Source: Octopus vulgaris
Lineage: Eukaryota
Assembly: GCA_951406725.2 (NCBI GenBank)
Contig: OX597827.1
Coordinates: forward strand, 868,001-932,000
Length of the DNA: 64,000 nucleotides
Reading direction: 5' to 3'
Below the pieces are notes generated by a model, which was not told the origin of the DNA, ran no database searches, and saw only the letters and a program-made list of their open reading frames with translations. Below, piece by piece: positions 1-13,063 of this stretch; position 1 is the first letter of the stretch, and each line of letters starts with the position of its first letter. Position numbers and translations under genes: made by a program.

Positions 1-1762
1 TAATTCGACCATTATATCTAGTTGTAGTTTATATCTTCTTGTCTTTATTTTATGCATAGAAACACGTGGAAATTATGCACACACGCACACACTCACACAC
101 ACGTATATATACATACACATCCATACGTACACATATCTACATACATATGCATACATGCACACTCACGCATATATTCATATATGTGTATGTATATTTATAT
201 ATATATATCTGTATATATATAAATGTATACATATATAATATATATTTTTGTGTGTGTGTGTATATATATATATAAAGACAGCATATCTATATACATATAT
301 ATGTACGTATGTACATATATGTATGTATATATATGCATATATATATAGATATATATATATATATAAATATGTACACACATATATGACTGTTTATCTCACC
401 ATCTATGTATATGTTTACTATAGTTATATATATATTGTTTCTGTTCATGGGTTGTTTTTCTTTGCTACCACCCGCCTCCCCCGCCGCATATCCTATCTCC
501 GCTGTCATAGGATCATGAAGTGGTCTCTCTATCAACGTAAATATGTAAATATTGGCAAAAGAGAATTGTGTTTTGGCACAAAAAAGGAAGGAAAAAAATC
601 TATATCACGTTATCTCCCTTTCCCCCTTCACTCTCTTACGTAAATATGTCTTTTATTATAATATGTATATATTTTATTTTATTGCTTTTTGTTGTTATCT
701 GAGATAGATGCGAGGAGTTTGTAGTGATGTGGGCGGTTCTGTACAGTAGCGGCGATGGTGGTGGTGGTGGTGGTGGTGGTGGTTGTAGCGGTGTTGGAGG
801 TAGAGGTAGAGGTGGTTGTGGTGGTGGTAGTGGTAGTCGTTGGTGAAGCAAGGCTGTGACCGGAGCAGTTGCACTTGTTCACAGTCTTAGTCAGAACAGT
901 AAATATACTCATGCACGTGTGCATGTATGTATATGCGTGTGTGTATGTCTGTGTCTGTGTTTGTGTATATATCTGTGTTTGTGTAAGTGTGTATATGTGT
1001 ACGGATATATGTGTGTGTATATATATATATGCGTTTGTGTGTACACCCCACCACACATAATATACATGGGTTGCCTGTATCTATGTAGAAATGTACATCT
1101 TCATATATTTGCATTTGTGTGTGTGTATGTGTGTTTTGTCAGTATATTTGTGTATACATGCATTTATAAAACGCTTTAAGGAATATTGGACTTAGCCGTA
1201 TTCACCATTATTGACCATTATTGACCAATATTGACTAATATTGAACTGCAGCTTTATGAAATTATCGCAAAATCATATCGTTTTCTCTAAGCAGGATTAC
1301 AGAGGCTCAATGACAACACACTTGCATCTGATATCACGCTAGTTTTCTCGCAGCCATGCCTTCCGTTCTGTATTTTAGGCGCTTGCAACAATAAGGATCT
1401 ATAGTTGTAGACATGATTCATATTTAGCATTAATCTTGAAGACATATGACCAAAGGCATTCCAGCGATGACCATCACCAATAATGTATATCTGATCTGGT
1501 ATATATACGCAAGTGCAACAGTATTAAATCAAAATAGCCATATATCTATCATACTTAAAGTATTTACACCATTGATAGGCCTCCTACTGCATTATTTATC
1601 TTGGAATACCATCTCTTATGTACTTAGTGAGTTAAAAGTACAATAATATGAAGGAAAGATGAAAATTCGTCACGTAAGCATCTAGTGAGGACGCCAAATG
1701 CATTGAAAAGGTTCTTCTTGGACCTTTTCAATGGCATCTAGACAGGGTTTTATATATTTCAT

Positions 1763-1960
1763 TTCGTGCCGTATAGTAGCTCATTCCCTCCTTCAAATCG
1801 ACGTTGCCTCAACAGGTGCTCTGTGTAATACGCGTTAGGGGTGGAAGTAATCGCAGAAAAAGTGAGATGAGATGTTTTGTTCAAGTACACAACGCGCCAC
1901 TCGGTCTAGGAATTGACCGATCCTGAGCACAACACCCTAACCATTAGACTATGTTTCCTC
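1763..1960 (-). mobile_element. tRNA-derived SINE (family 2 variant), diverged
   Basis: Reverse complement of the copy at 1985-2265 over about 200 bp (e.g. TTCGTGCCG...CAAATCGACGTTG); tRNA-like head points left from about 1960. Confidence 0.7.
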
Positions 1961-1984
1961 ACACACACACACACATACACACAC

Positions 1985-2265
1985 ATGGTTAGAGTGTAGT
2001 ACTCACGATCGTGGGATCGTAGTTTCAATTCCTAGAGCGAGTGGTGTATTAGTGTTCTTGAGCAATACACTTCATCTCACGTTGCTCTGCGACCACTTCG
2101 ACACTTGATGCGTGGTACACATTACACCTGTTTCAGACAACGTCGATTTGATGGAAGGAGTGAGCTAATGTGCGGCACGAACATTTGATCACTGTAAACA
2201 AATCATTTTTGCAGGTCATTCGGCGAGCTGAACGGTCGTACGTGCTCATCAGCTTAAGAGTCCAT
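1985..2265 (+). mobile_element. tRNA-derived SINE (family 2 variant)
   Basis: A-box-like TGGTTAGAG, B-box-like GTTTCAATTCC, then GTGTTCTTGAGCAATACACTTCATCTCACGTTGCTC shared with the copies at 9705 and 27225. Confidence 0.75.
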
Positions 2266-2328
2266 CACACACACACACACACAAGAAATAACAGAAACGT
2301 AAAATAGAAAATTTGAGAATCTTTATTA

Positions 2329-2434
2329 CTCCCAACGATCGTTTCGACCCATGCTGCATCAATCCTTCGCGGTTGGAATACGGTGAAACCGGTTGTGGTG
2401 CAACTTTCAGTGCAAAAGCGTCTCGTCAGATGGT
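2329..2434 (-). ncRNA. Hammerhead ribozyme-like motif with long stem II, followed by AATAAA (Penelope-type pLTR remnant)
   Basis: Minus strand reads CTGACGA-GAC...about 75 nt...GTC-GAAAC-GATC-GTT-GGGAGT-AATAAA; stem I pairing is poor. Confidence 0.5.
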
Positions 2435-2636
2435 TTTACAAGAGTATCTTGTTATATCCTCGACGAACAGTGAGGAATTTCTCAGGTAGATCTAAGGCCA
2501 ATTGTGTAAATACCGTGAATGACGTCAGGTAGCCATAGGCGGTGAATGTGCTTCCTCTACTAGGTACATACCCGAAGCTTAAATAACTACTTATATACAT
2601 ATTTGTATATATGTACGTAAGTACATATGTATGTAT

Positions 2637-3066
2637 CAGGGATGTGCCGCCTAGGTTGGTAAGGTAGGTAGTGCCTACCCTGAATAAAATAGATCGATAT
2701 TAATATTTTCCTTTCATCGCAAAATATGAACCTAATTCAATAAATTATGAAGGTTACTCTGATTATTATGCATAAAATGCAAACTATTTTATTTATTTAT
2801 TTTCATTTATTTACTTATTTTTGTAGATTAGGTTGGCCTTATTTGCCTCTGCCTTTCAACATAGGTATTAAAGCTACGCATAGAACTGCTGTAGTACACG
2901 TGCTGCGTACATTCCTAAAACATTTTCTTTACACGCTATAAACTCAGTCTCGCCTACAACTCTGTCGCACGCCCGTCTTTCGCTTATTATTATTTGTGTG
3001 CGAGTGTTTTACTACATAAACGTCACCAACAGCCTACCCTGAGTAATTACTGACGGCACGTGCTTG
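2637..3066. mobile_element. hAT-like non-autonomous element (MITE)
   Basis: Imperfect 13-bp TIRs CAGGGATGTGCCG / CGGCACGTGCTTG; subterminal CCTACCCTGA motif near both ends; no clear TSD. Confidence 0.45.
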
Positions 3067-3162
3067 GTGCCATTTTCTGTCCATTTCCAAGTAAGTTTAT
3101 GTATGTATGTATGTATAAGAAAATGAGATAAAGGAATAAACGATTATCTTATGAACTTCATT

Positions 3163-3243
3163 AGCTTACAGCAGTTTCTGCTATATGATACAATGGACTC
3201 ATAGTTGAGTGCTTCAATAAAACTTTATAGCGTCATCGGAGCC
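3163..3243 (-). ncRNA. Degenerate hammerhead ribozyme with long stem II (Penelope-type)
   Basis: GGCT-CCGATGA-C-GCTATA...40 nt...TATAGC-A-GAAAC-TGCT-GTA-AGCT; stems I and II pair, one core substitution; the 3' half and flank recur at about 57955-58023. Confidence 0.55.
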
Positions 3244-4134
3244 TCGAATATGAAGTGCAATTTATTTGGGAAAGAATCACATTGTTCTACACCAGATCAT
3301 TAGTCTCACAATGCCTTACCGATATATATATATATACATGTATGTGTGTGTGTGTGTTTGCGTGTACAGACAGACAGACGGGCACACACAAACATATTAC
3401 GTGATCACGTGAACGATCAGACTATAAGATGTTACACATCGTTAGTTACAATATTTGTTCTCATCTTGTTTGTTGTTAACAACAAACAAGATGAGAACAA
3501 GTATCCATCAAATGTAAATAATGTAAATAATGTACATAATTCTTCACCTGTTAAATATCGTATTAGATAAATATGTTTTAATGTATAGTTCTATTAGTTA
3601 CTTGCTTAAAAGACGCATTCTGTTCGGTCTTTTAAGCTAGTTCCTGCCGAGGACCTGCAGTTGGACCTGCAGCCCCAAACTACAGAGAGCTATTTGGCAT
3701 GACTATGTTACGTCCAACGTCCATAATGACTATTTACCCCGGTGGTGGTTGAAGAAAGGTTTAGGATGGATGATAATTAATTCTGTAATGCAGTCAGTCT
3801 ATTGTTCAAGTCCCAAATTGAATTCCTAAGTTTTTATATCAGCCTAAAATTAACGAAGCAAATATCATTTATCTCCCCCTTGATCTCTAACGTCATCTGA
3901 CATATGCCAACCAAGATGGCGTGAATCAGCTAAGCTTTACCTGTTAGAAATAGCAACCTAAATGCTTTTAAATCAGGTCCCAATACTGGATGCTCAAGAA
4001 CCAAATGAAGAACAGATTTTCAATCCCAGGGTCATCCTGATACCAAAATGGTATAATATGTCTACATAAAGCAAATGTACACTGAGATACAGGTGTCCCA
4101 GACAGACAGAATTTTGCTTTTATTTACATAGATA

Positions 4135-4370
4135 TTAGGATAGTGTTTCATTTACGGTTTCAAGATAATGGTTTCGATTTCCGGACCGGGCGGTGCGTTT
4201 TGCTCTTGAGCAAAACACTTCATTTCACGTTGGTCCAGTATGTAAATGAGTAACCATGCGACGGATTGGTGCGCCACCTATTGAGGGAAAGTGTTACCAA
4301 CTCGGTTATTTATACATCACGGAAGCTAGGTATCCGGTTCCATGAGCCCATGGACTCGCGATACGTAACG
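4135..4370 (+). mobile_element. tRNA-derived SINE family 2
   Basis: GGTTTCGATTTCCGGACCGGGCGG...CTTGAGCAAAACACTTCATTTCACGTTG; 3' part CCGGTTCCATGAGCC. Confidence 0.7.
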
Positions 4371-4729
4371 TTAAGAGTTAGTTGCATTAGTTACGTAATA
4401 TATAAAAACAGTCAAATTTCAAACTGGAGGAAAATCTCGAGGCTGAGCCACGTCGAAGCAGCCATAATCGCGCAAATAGGGAGATGTTTGTGTGCGCGTG
4501 CGCGTTTATACGAAATAAACAAAGATGGCAGCCTTCCTGTTTATCTCAGCGAAATTATCAAATGCCAGACTTTACGTGTTCCTAACATAAGGATGTATTA
4601 AGCACTTTCATGTTATTCTACAATATTATAAACAAATAAACAAAAAACACTCCATCAAATTATCCTAATACACACACACACACACATATACATATACATA
4701 TATATATATACATACATATATATATATAC

Positions 4730-4771
<42 letters not shown>

Positions 4772-5094
4772 ATATATACACTCTAATCTAATATATTCAC
4801 AAACACTTAGAATCATAGACGTATTTGTGCGTATTCTTGCGAATGTTCTTTTTATAAATTAAAGTAACAACGACAAAAAAATATATATACGAGGAAAGTA
4901 AACATTAGAAATAGCAACAACAACAGCAACAACAACAACAACAAGAACAACCCTTTACCCCATCCATTGCCATTAATAAAAAGCTAAATAGAGAGAGAAA
5001 AATTTAGAAAAATGGAAAGAAACAAAGGCCAGATCAAAAGTTAAAAATGATTAAGTTATTCATAACGGAGGTCATCGAAGCTTTTGTTTCAGGA

Positions 5095-5515
5095 TGATGG
5101 TGGTGGTGTAGGTGGAGGTGGTGGTAGTGCTGTAGGTGGTGGTGGTGGTGTAGGTGGTGTAGGTGGTGGTGGTGTAGGTGGTGGTGGTGTAGATTGTGGA
5201 GTTTGTTGTGGAACGTGGTTATGGTGATGGTGGTGGTGATGGTGGTGATGGCGGTGGGGTTTTGGTTATGGTGTTGTTGGCGGTGGCGGTGGAGGTTGTG
5301 ATGGTGGTTGTGATGGCGGGGTTGTTGGTGTTGATGGTAGTGGTGATGGTAATAGTGATAGTTGTGGATTTTGTAGATGGTGGTGGCGGCGGTGGTAATG
5401 GTGGGAATGCAGTGATAGTAGTGGTGGTGTTGATGGTGCTGGTAATGGTAGCGGTGGTGGTGGTAGTGGTTTCGGTTATGGTATTGGTGGTGGTGACAAG
5501 GATCAGAGTGGCAGC
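5095..5515. repeat. (GGT/GAT)n degenerate trinucleotide repeat
   Basis: Directly visible; explains the His/Val/Thr-rich pseudo-ORFs here. Confidence 0.9.
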
Positions 5516-5731
5516 ACCGCCAGAGGAATACATAATATAACAAGAAGAAGAAGAAGAAGAACAGCGTCAACAATGTACAACAACAAAAAAAAGGAACCAA
5601 AAAACCTAATACGGAAATAAATTAAAAAGCTTATGTTTTAGAGGTTTTATGGTTTTAAGGTTTTAAGTAAAGGGAGTGGAGCCTGGGCACTAGGGAGTAG
5701 TTGCGGACGATGGGGGAGACACTAGGGAGAG

Positions 5732-5785
<54 letters not shown>

Positions 5786-6273
5786 AGGAGATGGAGAGGG
5801 AGAGAGAGAGCAGTACTAAAAAAAGACAAATTAATAATTTTGGTACAGAAAACATATCGAAACAAAGGATTAATTGATCAACGTTGCCAGTGTGAGGTTG
5901 AAGAGGTGAGTGATGGTGGTTGTGGTGGTGGTGGTGGTGGTGGTAGTGGTGGTAGTGGTGGTGTTTGTAGAAATTCCTGCTGTGGCGGTGATGGTGGCGG
6001 TGATAGCGATGGCGGTGGTGATCATGATGGTGGCGGTAGTGATGATGGTGGTGTTGGTGACGCATTTATGGCGGTGGTGGTGGTAATGATGGCTGGTGTA
6101 ATGGAATAGAAGTGGATAGGTTTACCTGGAAAGACATCGGATGTGTGGAGAAAGAGAGGAGGTAGAAGACGGGAAACAGTTTTGTGGGTGTGGGGTAAAA
6201 AGGCTCCATAGTTAAAATATTTCCTTAGTCGCCCTCCTCCGCCTTCTTCCTGTTATCTTTCTCTTTCTCACTC

Positions 6274-6324
<51 letters not shown>

Positions 6325-6386
6325 GCTTTCTTCGTCGACGATATCAAGATGAGAGGAATAACAGCAGATATGACGTACCAGATAGG

Positions 6387-6451
<65 letters not shown>

Positions 6452-6908
6452 CAGAGAGAGAGAGGGAAGATGGAAGTAAGATGAAGAGTGAGAGAGTGAA
6501 AAATAAGCAAAAGAGAGGAAGAAGTGAGAGAGGAGGAGTGGAATATGGGTAAAAAAGAGAAAGAGTATATAACTACAAATATTGCTCGCTCCGGAAAACC
6601 GTACCGTAACCTGGAGTTCCGTAATGTGAAATGCATTCCTTATAAACTCATGTTGGAATATGGGTTTCACGTTATGGAATTTCATTTAACAACGAAATTT
6701 TCCCGGATCGCAACGTTTCCGCAATGCGCGGTAATGGCTGTATAACTAAATACGTCTGGTCACATAATTCAACATAACAAATTATATCATAACACGATGC
6801 AATACGCGGTAACACGATGCAGCACAACGGTTGTGTTACATGAGGGAGATTTGCTACTACTTCTGACAGCGACGTAGAGGGTCCTTCAATGTTTACTATT
6901 ATCAAGAT

Positions 6909-7036
6909 GGCAGTGAGGTGGCAGAATTGTATGAGGCTCGAAGAAAATGATTTGCAGTTGTTAATCTGGCTCTTTACGTTCTGAGTTCAAATCCTGGCTA
7001 GACCAACTTTAATTTTTATCCTTCCGCGGCTGATAA
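6909..7036 (+). mobile_element. SINE family 1, diverged head
   Basis: GGCAGTGAGGTGGCAGAAT...TTTACGTTCTGAGTTCAAATCC matches the other family 1 copies. Confidence 0.65.
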
Positions 7037-7992
7037 ACACAGCGGAACTCATCGCAGCACAATACTCTGTATCATAAACCCACAGAACATAAAACGCAAT
7101 AATGCAAGATATGTCACAGCATATGTTACAATATAAAACAACGGATGAAGGCACAACACAACACTTGAATATAATTCAAAGCAACAGGACTCAGCAAAAC
7201 GACATTATCACAACATGATCAAAACACTGGATCGTAACGGCCCTGCTCAACTCAAGTCCAGTGTTTTTCTCACCATCACAATCCTGCAAAATTATAACAT
7301 TCTCCTTCTTCTATAAATACATGAGTCTATGAAAGACAGCGAAGAGAGAAAGGGAGAAAAGAAAGAAAGAAACGGGAATAGAGAAAGAAAGATAGAAAGA
7401 AAGCGCTGTAGAAAGAAAGGGGAATATAAAGAGAGGAAGGAAGAGTGGCAGAGTAAAAAAATATTCAAACAAACAAAAAACAAACTAAATGGTGCAAAAA
7501 GTAAACTTTGCAATCCCACCCCATTCCACCCAGAATCTCATAAACTACCCCATTGCACTCCACTCCACCCACAACTCCATCCTTGTCATATAGGAAGCAA
7601 ATAAAACATAAAGGCAGCGAGAAAAGCACGCACGTATAACAAAGAGAGCAGCGCCACCTCATCTTCACCACTGGAATTAAAATGCTGTTGTGAAATGAAT
7701 GACAAGGTTTCATGTTACTTCCTGTCACACTTGTGTCAGTAATGGAACAACAAATGCAAATTTATGCCTTGATACCTTCATAAACAAACAAAACAAAACA
7801 AAACAAATAAACAAACTCTCAGAAATAAACATTATCGTTTTTCTTTGTTTTTGTTTTCCCCTTTTTATAGGAAGAGGGGGGGGACTAATGGATTAAAAAT
7901 TAACAGATCAATATTTTTCGAAAAAAGATGAACGAAAAAAATAATAGAAATATTGATAATATATAAATACATACATACACACACACACACAC

Positions 7993-8051
<59 letters not shown>

Positions 8052-8348
8052 CTTTGCTTGTTTTTGTAAATGGCATCTTTCTGGTGTTGGTGGTGGTGCA
8101 TATTGTATTTCAAAGAATCCGTCATTATTCACAGAGTACGGAGCTTTTATTAGGCACACACACACACACATAGACACACACACACATACGCACGCACACA
8201 CACACACATACACAAATACATACACACACAAATACACACACTCAAATACATAATACACACACAGAGATACGCACACGCGCACATACATACACAGACACGC
8301 TCGCGTACATACGTTTGTGTGTATGTACATGTTACATGTACGTGTATC

Positions 8349-8418
<70 letters not shown>

Positions 8419-9704
8419 ATGTTTTATATTTTTATACCTGATTTTTTATATATTTATGGTTTCGTCGTTGTTGTTGTTGGCGTTGTTGGCGTTCATTTGC
8501 TTAAAAGCCTAAAACAAGAGAAAAGAAGCAAGCGAAGCGAGTCAAAAAAGAAAAACCCAAAAGACCAAAAAAAACAATAAAACTAAAAAATTGAACAGGA
8601 AAAACCATTGAAAGAAGGAAAGAAGAGGAGAAAGAAAAACATGAGAAGAAAATTTATAAACATAATTAAGAAATGAGTAAACAATCAGCGATAATGAAAT
8701 TAACAGGTAAAAAATATATAAAAAAAAGTAATTATTGAGCATGTAAATAATTCGTTAAATGTTTATGTTTTTAATGTTTACAGTGGAGTTGATTCCGTTG
8801 TTGATGCTGTTGTTGTTGTCTCCCCGAGTTAGTTCCTCAGCGAATTAGGCAGTGGCCCAGGTGACATTGACATTAAAAGTAATCAGTCAAGCGGGGTCAA
8901 GGAGGGTTTGATCTATGGATCTATAAGCTCTGGATATGCCACATCCCATCCTAGTTGACCACCACCGTATTTCATATTCTGACATGCCAGAGATGCTTTG
9001 TGTGTGTGTGTGTGTGCGTGCCTGTTTGTATGCGTGTGTGCGTGCGCGAGTGTGTGTGTGTGTTGCTGTTATTGGTTGTGGTTGCTATTATTGTTGTTAT
9101 TGTTATTATTGATGCTGTTGCAATTGTTAATGTTGTTATTGGTGTTTAGTTTAAACCTGAGTCGGATCTGACAAAAGGCGATCGATGATCAAAGTTGTTG
9201 AAAACCACTTCATGCATTTTAAGTTTGAATCACTTCCGAGATCAACTTTGCCTTTAACCATCCTAAGGGGTCGATAAATACAATACCAGTAATACGATTA
9301 TGAACTGGAGAAATCGTTAGAGCGTCAGAAGAGTTCTGCTTTATGGCATTTAATCTTACTCTTTACACGCCGAGTTCAAATCCTGCTCTGGCCGACTTCA
9401 ACGGCAGACCTCCTTGTTTAATACCAAACTTGGCCTTTCGGTGGGTGCTTTTAGCAGAGTCCCCTTTATCGCTTCTATTTAGATCAGGTCTCTGGTTTTC
9501 AGATCTTACCCAGATGCCTTTCTCCTTCCCTTCTATTAGTTTCGGAATCCCTAACTTCTAACTGATTAAAAATCCCCGTCTTTCCGTTTTCACACAATAT
9601 ATCACCAGCAAGCTTACTTGCTATGCAGCGCCGAAGAAGCTTTCATAGAATTAATTTGCTTCTTGCGGAGAGGCTGCAAGATCACAGATAAAAACGATAA
9701 ACGT

Positions 9705-9931
9705 CGCCCTTTTCAAGCCTAGTGTCCCGGTTTCTGTGGTGGATGTGTTCCCCAGCTGGACGGGACGCCAGTCCATCGCAGTGTTACTCACTTTTTGCCA
9801 GCTGAGTGAACTGGAGCAACGTGAAATGAAGTGTTTTGCTTAAGAACACAACGCGGTGCCCGGTCCAAGAATCGAAACCACAATCTTACGATTATGGTGT
9901 TGACACCCTAACCACTAAGCCACGCGCCTCC
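9705..9931 (-). mobile_element. tRNA-derived SINE family 2, near full length
   Basis: Minus strand GGAGGCGCGTGGCTTAGTGGTTAGGG...GGTTTCGATTC (A/B boxes); high similarity to 27225-27476. Confidence 0.85.
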
Positions 9932-10122
9932 ACTTGGCATTATTTACATAGATATATTTGTATACGAAACGTCATAACTTACAGTGCTGCTCTAGTTTTT
10001 TATAGAAAATCTGAAGGGATAACTTTCAGAAGTTAAGTAATAGAATGCATATTCATGCTACCTTTCTCCCGCTCCCTAAAATGACTGACGTTGTGCCAAA
10101 ATTTAAAACTATTCTATCTCAA

Positions 10123-10656
10123 CACGTTGGCTCCCGACCCTCATTTTACGTTTTATCCTAGGATCCCAATACGATATCTTAAATAATTTTGACATGAGCC
10201 ACATAATATTTTTACACTATACCGTATATGAGACTAGGATCACATACGGTAGTGTTAGATATCCACGTCCCAATGGAGGGTCGTGTGGTACCCTAGTTCA
10301 TATCACATTCTAGATACTACACGACTTATTTTCTATTGGAAGATCTCAAAATCTATACAAAAAGAACTATTTTGGTTTCCATGGCAAGTAAAATATTTTT
10401 CATTCCCTTCCCTTTCTTCTGGAAAATCTACCAATTTTTTAAAAAAAGAACTAGCTATATTTGTTTCAATGGCAAATAAATTTTTCTCATTACTCACTCT
10501 TTTATTTTACCTCATTACACGTTGAAATCAGAAGAAAAACGAAAAAAAAAAGAAATTTATCAAAGCAATCAGAGCATACCAACTCTCAGAAAGCCCATAG
10601 GAAAGAAATTAAAAAACGACCCGCTGGTGGGTCGGGCGGGACTCGCTGACCACGTG
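10123..10656. mobile_element. piggyBac-like MITE
   Basis: Ends tcaa|CACGTTGGCTCCCGACCC ... GGGTCGGGCGGGACTCGCTGACCACGTG|ttaa; TTAA on the right, TCAA on the left; internal ~40-bp duplication (AAAAGAACTA...ATGGCAA). Confidence 0.45.
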
Positions 10657-10689
10657 TTAATACAATTAAATATTATCATCAGTTTTAAT

Positions 10690-10872
10690 TGTTGGCAAAA
10701 GGCTAGCAATTTTGAGAGAGGTGGCTCGTCGATTAATTACATCGACCCTTGTGCCCCGAAAAGATAAAAGGTAAAGCCGGCCCTGGCGGGATTTGAACCC
10801 AGAACGTAAAGATGGACGAAATATCGTCAAGCATTTCGCACGGCGTGCTTACAATTCTGCAAGCTCGCCGCC
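10690..10872 (-). mobile_element. SINE family 1
   Basis: Minus strand GGCGGCGAGCTTGCAGAAT...TTTACGTTCTGGGTTCAAATCC...TTTCGGGG. Confidence 0.75.
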
Positions 10873-11278
10873 CTAAACTGTGATGTTATTAAGTGTGTAA
10901 GTCTGGTACACACTGGGCAGTAATTAATTTTGTTGATTAATAACCGAATTAAACCTTGCCGTCAGCTTCGACATAACATTTTATCCGACCGTTGTTCCGA
11001 AGGAAATATTTATTATATTCCATTCCAAAAGACTACGGCTGCTCTAACACATCATCTGTGTGTGCGCAGGCGCAAATTATATTAAGCGATAGAAATTTAT
11101 ACAGGGTCAAGGGTACAGCGTAGCCTAAGAGGTGTCGTGGGCAGATGCGACGACCACCACGACAGGACTTTTCGCTTTAAGATGTGTTCTATTTAATAAG
11201 ACAATAGGATTCTATCTCAAGCAGCTCCAGCGACTACATAGGCTTCTCTCTTTCTTTCTTTCTTTTCTTTTCTTTCCT

Positions 11279-11330
<52 letters not shown>

Positions 11331-12337
11331 AGTTTCTTACTCTCTCCCTCTCTCTCACACTCTGTCTCTTTCTCTCTGCCTTTGTCTCTGTCTCTTTTCT
11401 CTGTGTCTCTTTCTGTCTGTCTCTGTCTGTTTATCTCTCTCTCTCCCTTTCTTTCTTTTTTCTTTCTTTCTTTCTGTTTTTTCTCTGTCTTCATGTACCG
11501 GAGCACATTTCTTTATATGTGCATGAAGACAGGTAAAGTGTTTATGTCAGTCGTGTTCAATTAATAAATTAATATCTGTCCTCTAAGGCGTACTGGGGTT
11601 GATGAAATCGACAGGCGCCCGCCTCCCACAAAATTTCAGGCCTTGTGCCTAGAGTAGAAATGAATATCTTTCTGTCTTCTCGCCCCCTCTCTCTTCCTCT
11701 CTCTCTATCTCTTTAGCTGTATATGTACTATCTTCACTGACATACATGTCGACATAGTATATAGTGTAAACATTTCATATAAACATTCAAACATCGTCAC
11801 TGTTTTCAAATCCTACTAGATTTCTCCTGGAATCGTTGGTGTATAAGTCGACCTAACTACTATTCGACTGTAAATTTTGGTCTCAAAAATTCCAATTGTG
11901 TGCCGGAAAGTACAGTATGTTTCTGCATGTGCGTGCTTGCAATCCTGAGCGAGCGTGCGTACATGTTTGCCTCCAGTGCCAAAAAGTACTATCGCCAAAA
12001 CAGACTGAATATCCAGTCAGATATGTTGAATCGTCAGCGTCCCAGCAGCCGCGGCCATTCTCTTCAGTACACTTTATTCTTTCCTAGCAGTAGTCTCGGC
12101 GGTTTTATAAAGAATCATGGATTCTGCCTTCTCTCCTGATTAAAAGATAAAACCAAAGAACTCTCGAGAAATTAAGATTGCGATGCTGTTTCTCCTTCTC
12201 AAAATTCAAGCCGCTTTCTTCATAAAAAGACCCACAGAAAAATAATGCATCAATAATGCAATCTGCTAAAACAAAACCAAGTTAGGGAAGTGTTAAAATC
12301 TTTAATGTATCAAGCTTTTAACAGTTAATTAGAAATA

Positions 12338-12493
12338 ATTGGCTGTGTGCTTCAGAAACTCGCTTTGTAACCACGTGGCTTCGAATTTAGTCTTACTATA
12401 TGGGATCTTGAGCAAGTATCATCAACTATAGTTCCGGCTCAAACAATTCCACGTGAGTGAATTTTGTAGACGGAAACTGTGTGAAAGCCCGTG
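12338..12493 (+). mobile_element. CORE-type SINE family 3, diverged
   Basis: TGGCTGTGTG...ATCTTGAGCAAGT...GTAGACGGAAACTG; similar to 42419-42797. Confidence 0.65.
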
Positions 12494-12517
12494 CTATACT
12501 GTATTTGTATATATATA

Positions 12518-12999
12518 CCGTAAATCTTCGAGTATAATACGTAGCGGATTTTTATGGGGCTGTACCTCTGAAAAAACTAAACCTTGTGTATAATACGCAC
12601 CCCTTCTATAACTTGAGTCGTGCGTAATTAAGCCAGCAGCACCTAGTCGAACAAACACTTCCGCACATGCGCAATACAATAATGGGAATGTAAATATGTT
12701 TTCAAATTGTTTTTGTTACATGTTATTCTCTGTTCTGAATACTTTTATTTTAGTAAATGTTGCTTACTGCAAGTTATGGATGATTCTTTTATGACTTCAT
12801 TGCTTTCAGGCTTAGCTTAAGGTATTTTTGCGCCCGACATCACAAAATGCATCTGAATAAACATTGCCAGACAGCAAATAGAGACTCGGACATTGCTTAG
12901 AAAATATTTTTCATTTTTAACCTCGTATATAGTACGCATTAGAAATTTTTACCTTTAAATTTTGGGGAAAAAATGCGGATTATACTGGAGGATTTACGG
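12518..12999. mobile_element. Tc1/mariner superfamily (Tc2/pogo-like) MITE
   Basis: TA|CCGTAAATCTTCGAGTATAATACG ... CGGATTATACTGGAGGATTTACGG|TA; interior shared with 58980-59416. Confidence 0.85.

Positions 13000-13063
<64 letters not shown>

Noticed and set aside
66-1179. Many overlapping ORFs rich in Y/I/H/T/V/C (also throughout the window)
   Set aside because: Translations of (TA)n, (CA)n and (TACA)n repeats that lack stop codons; no protein signal
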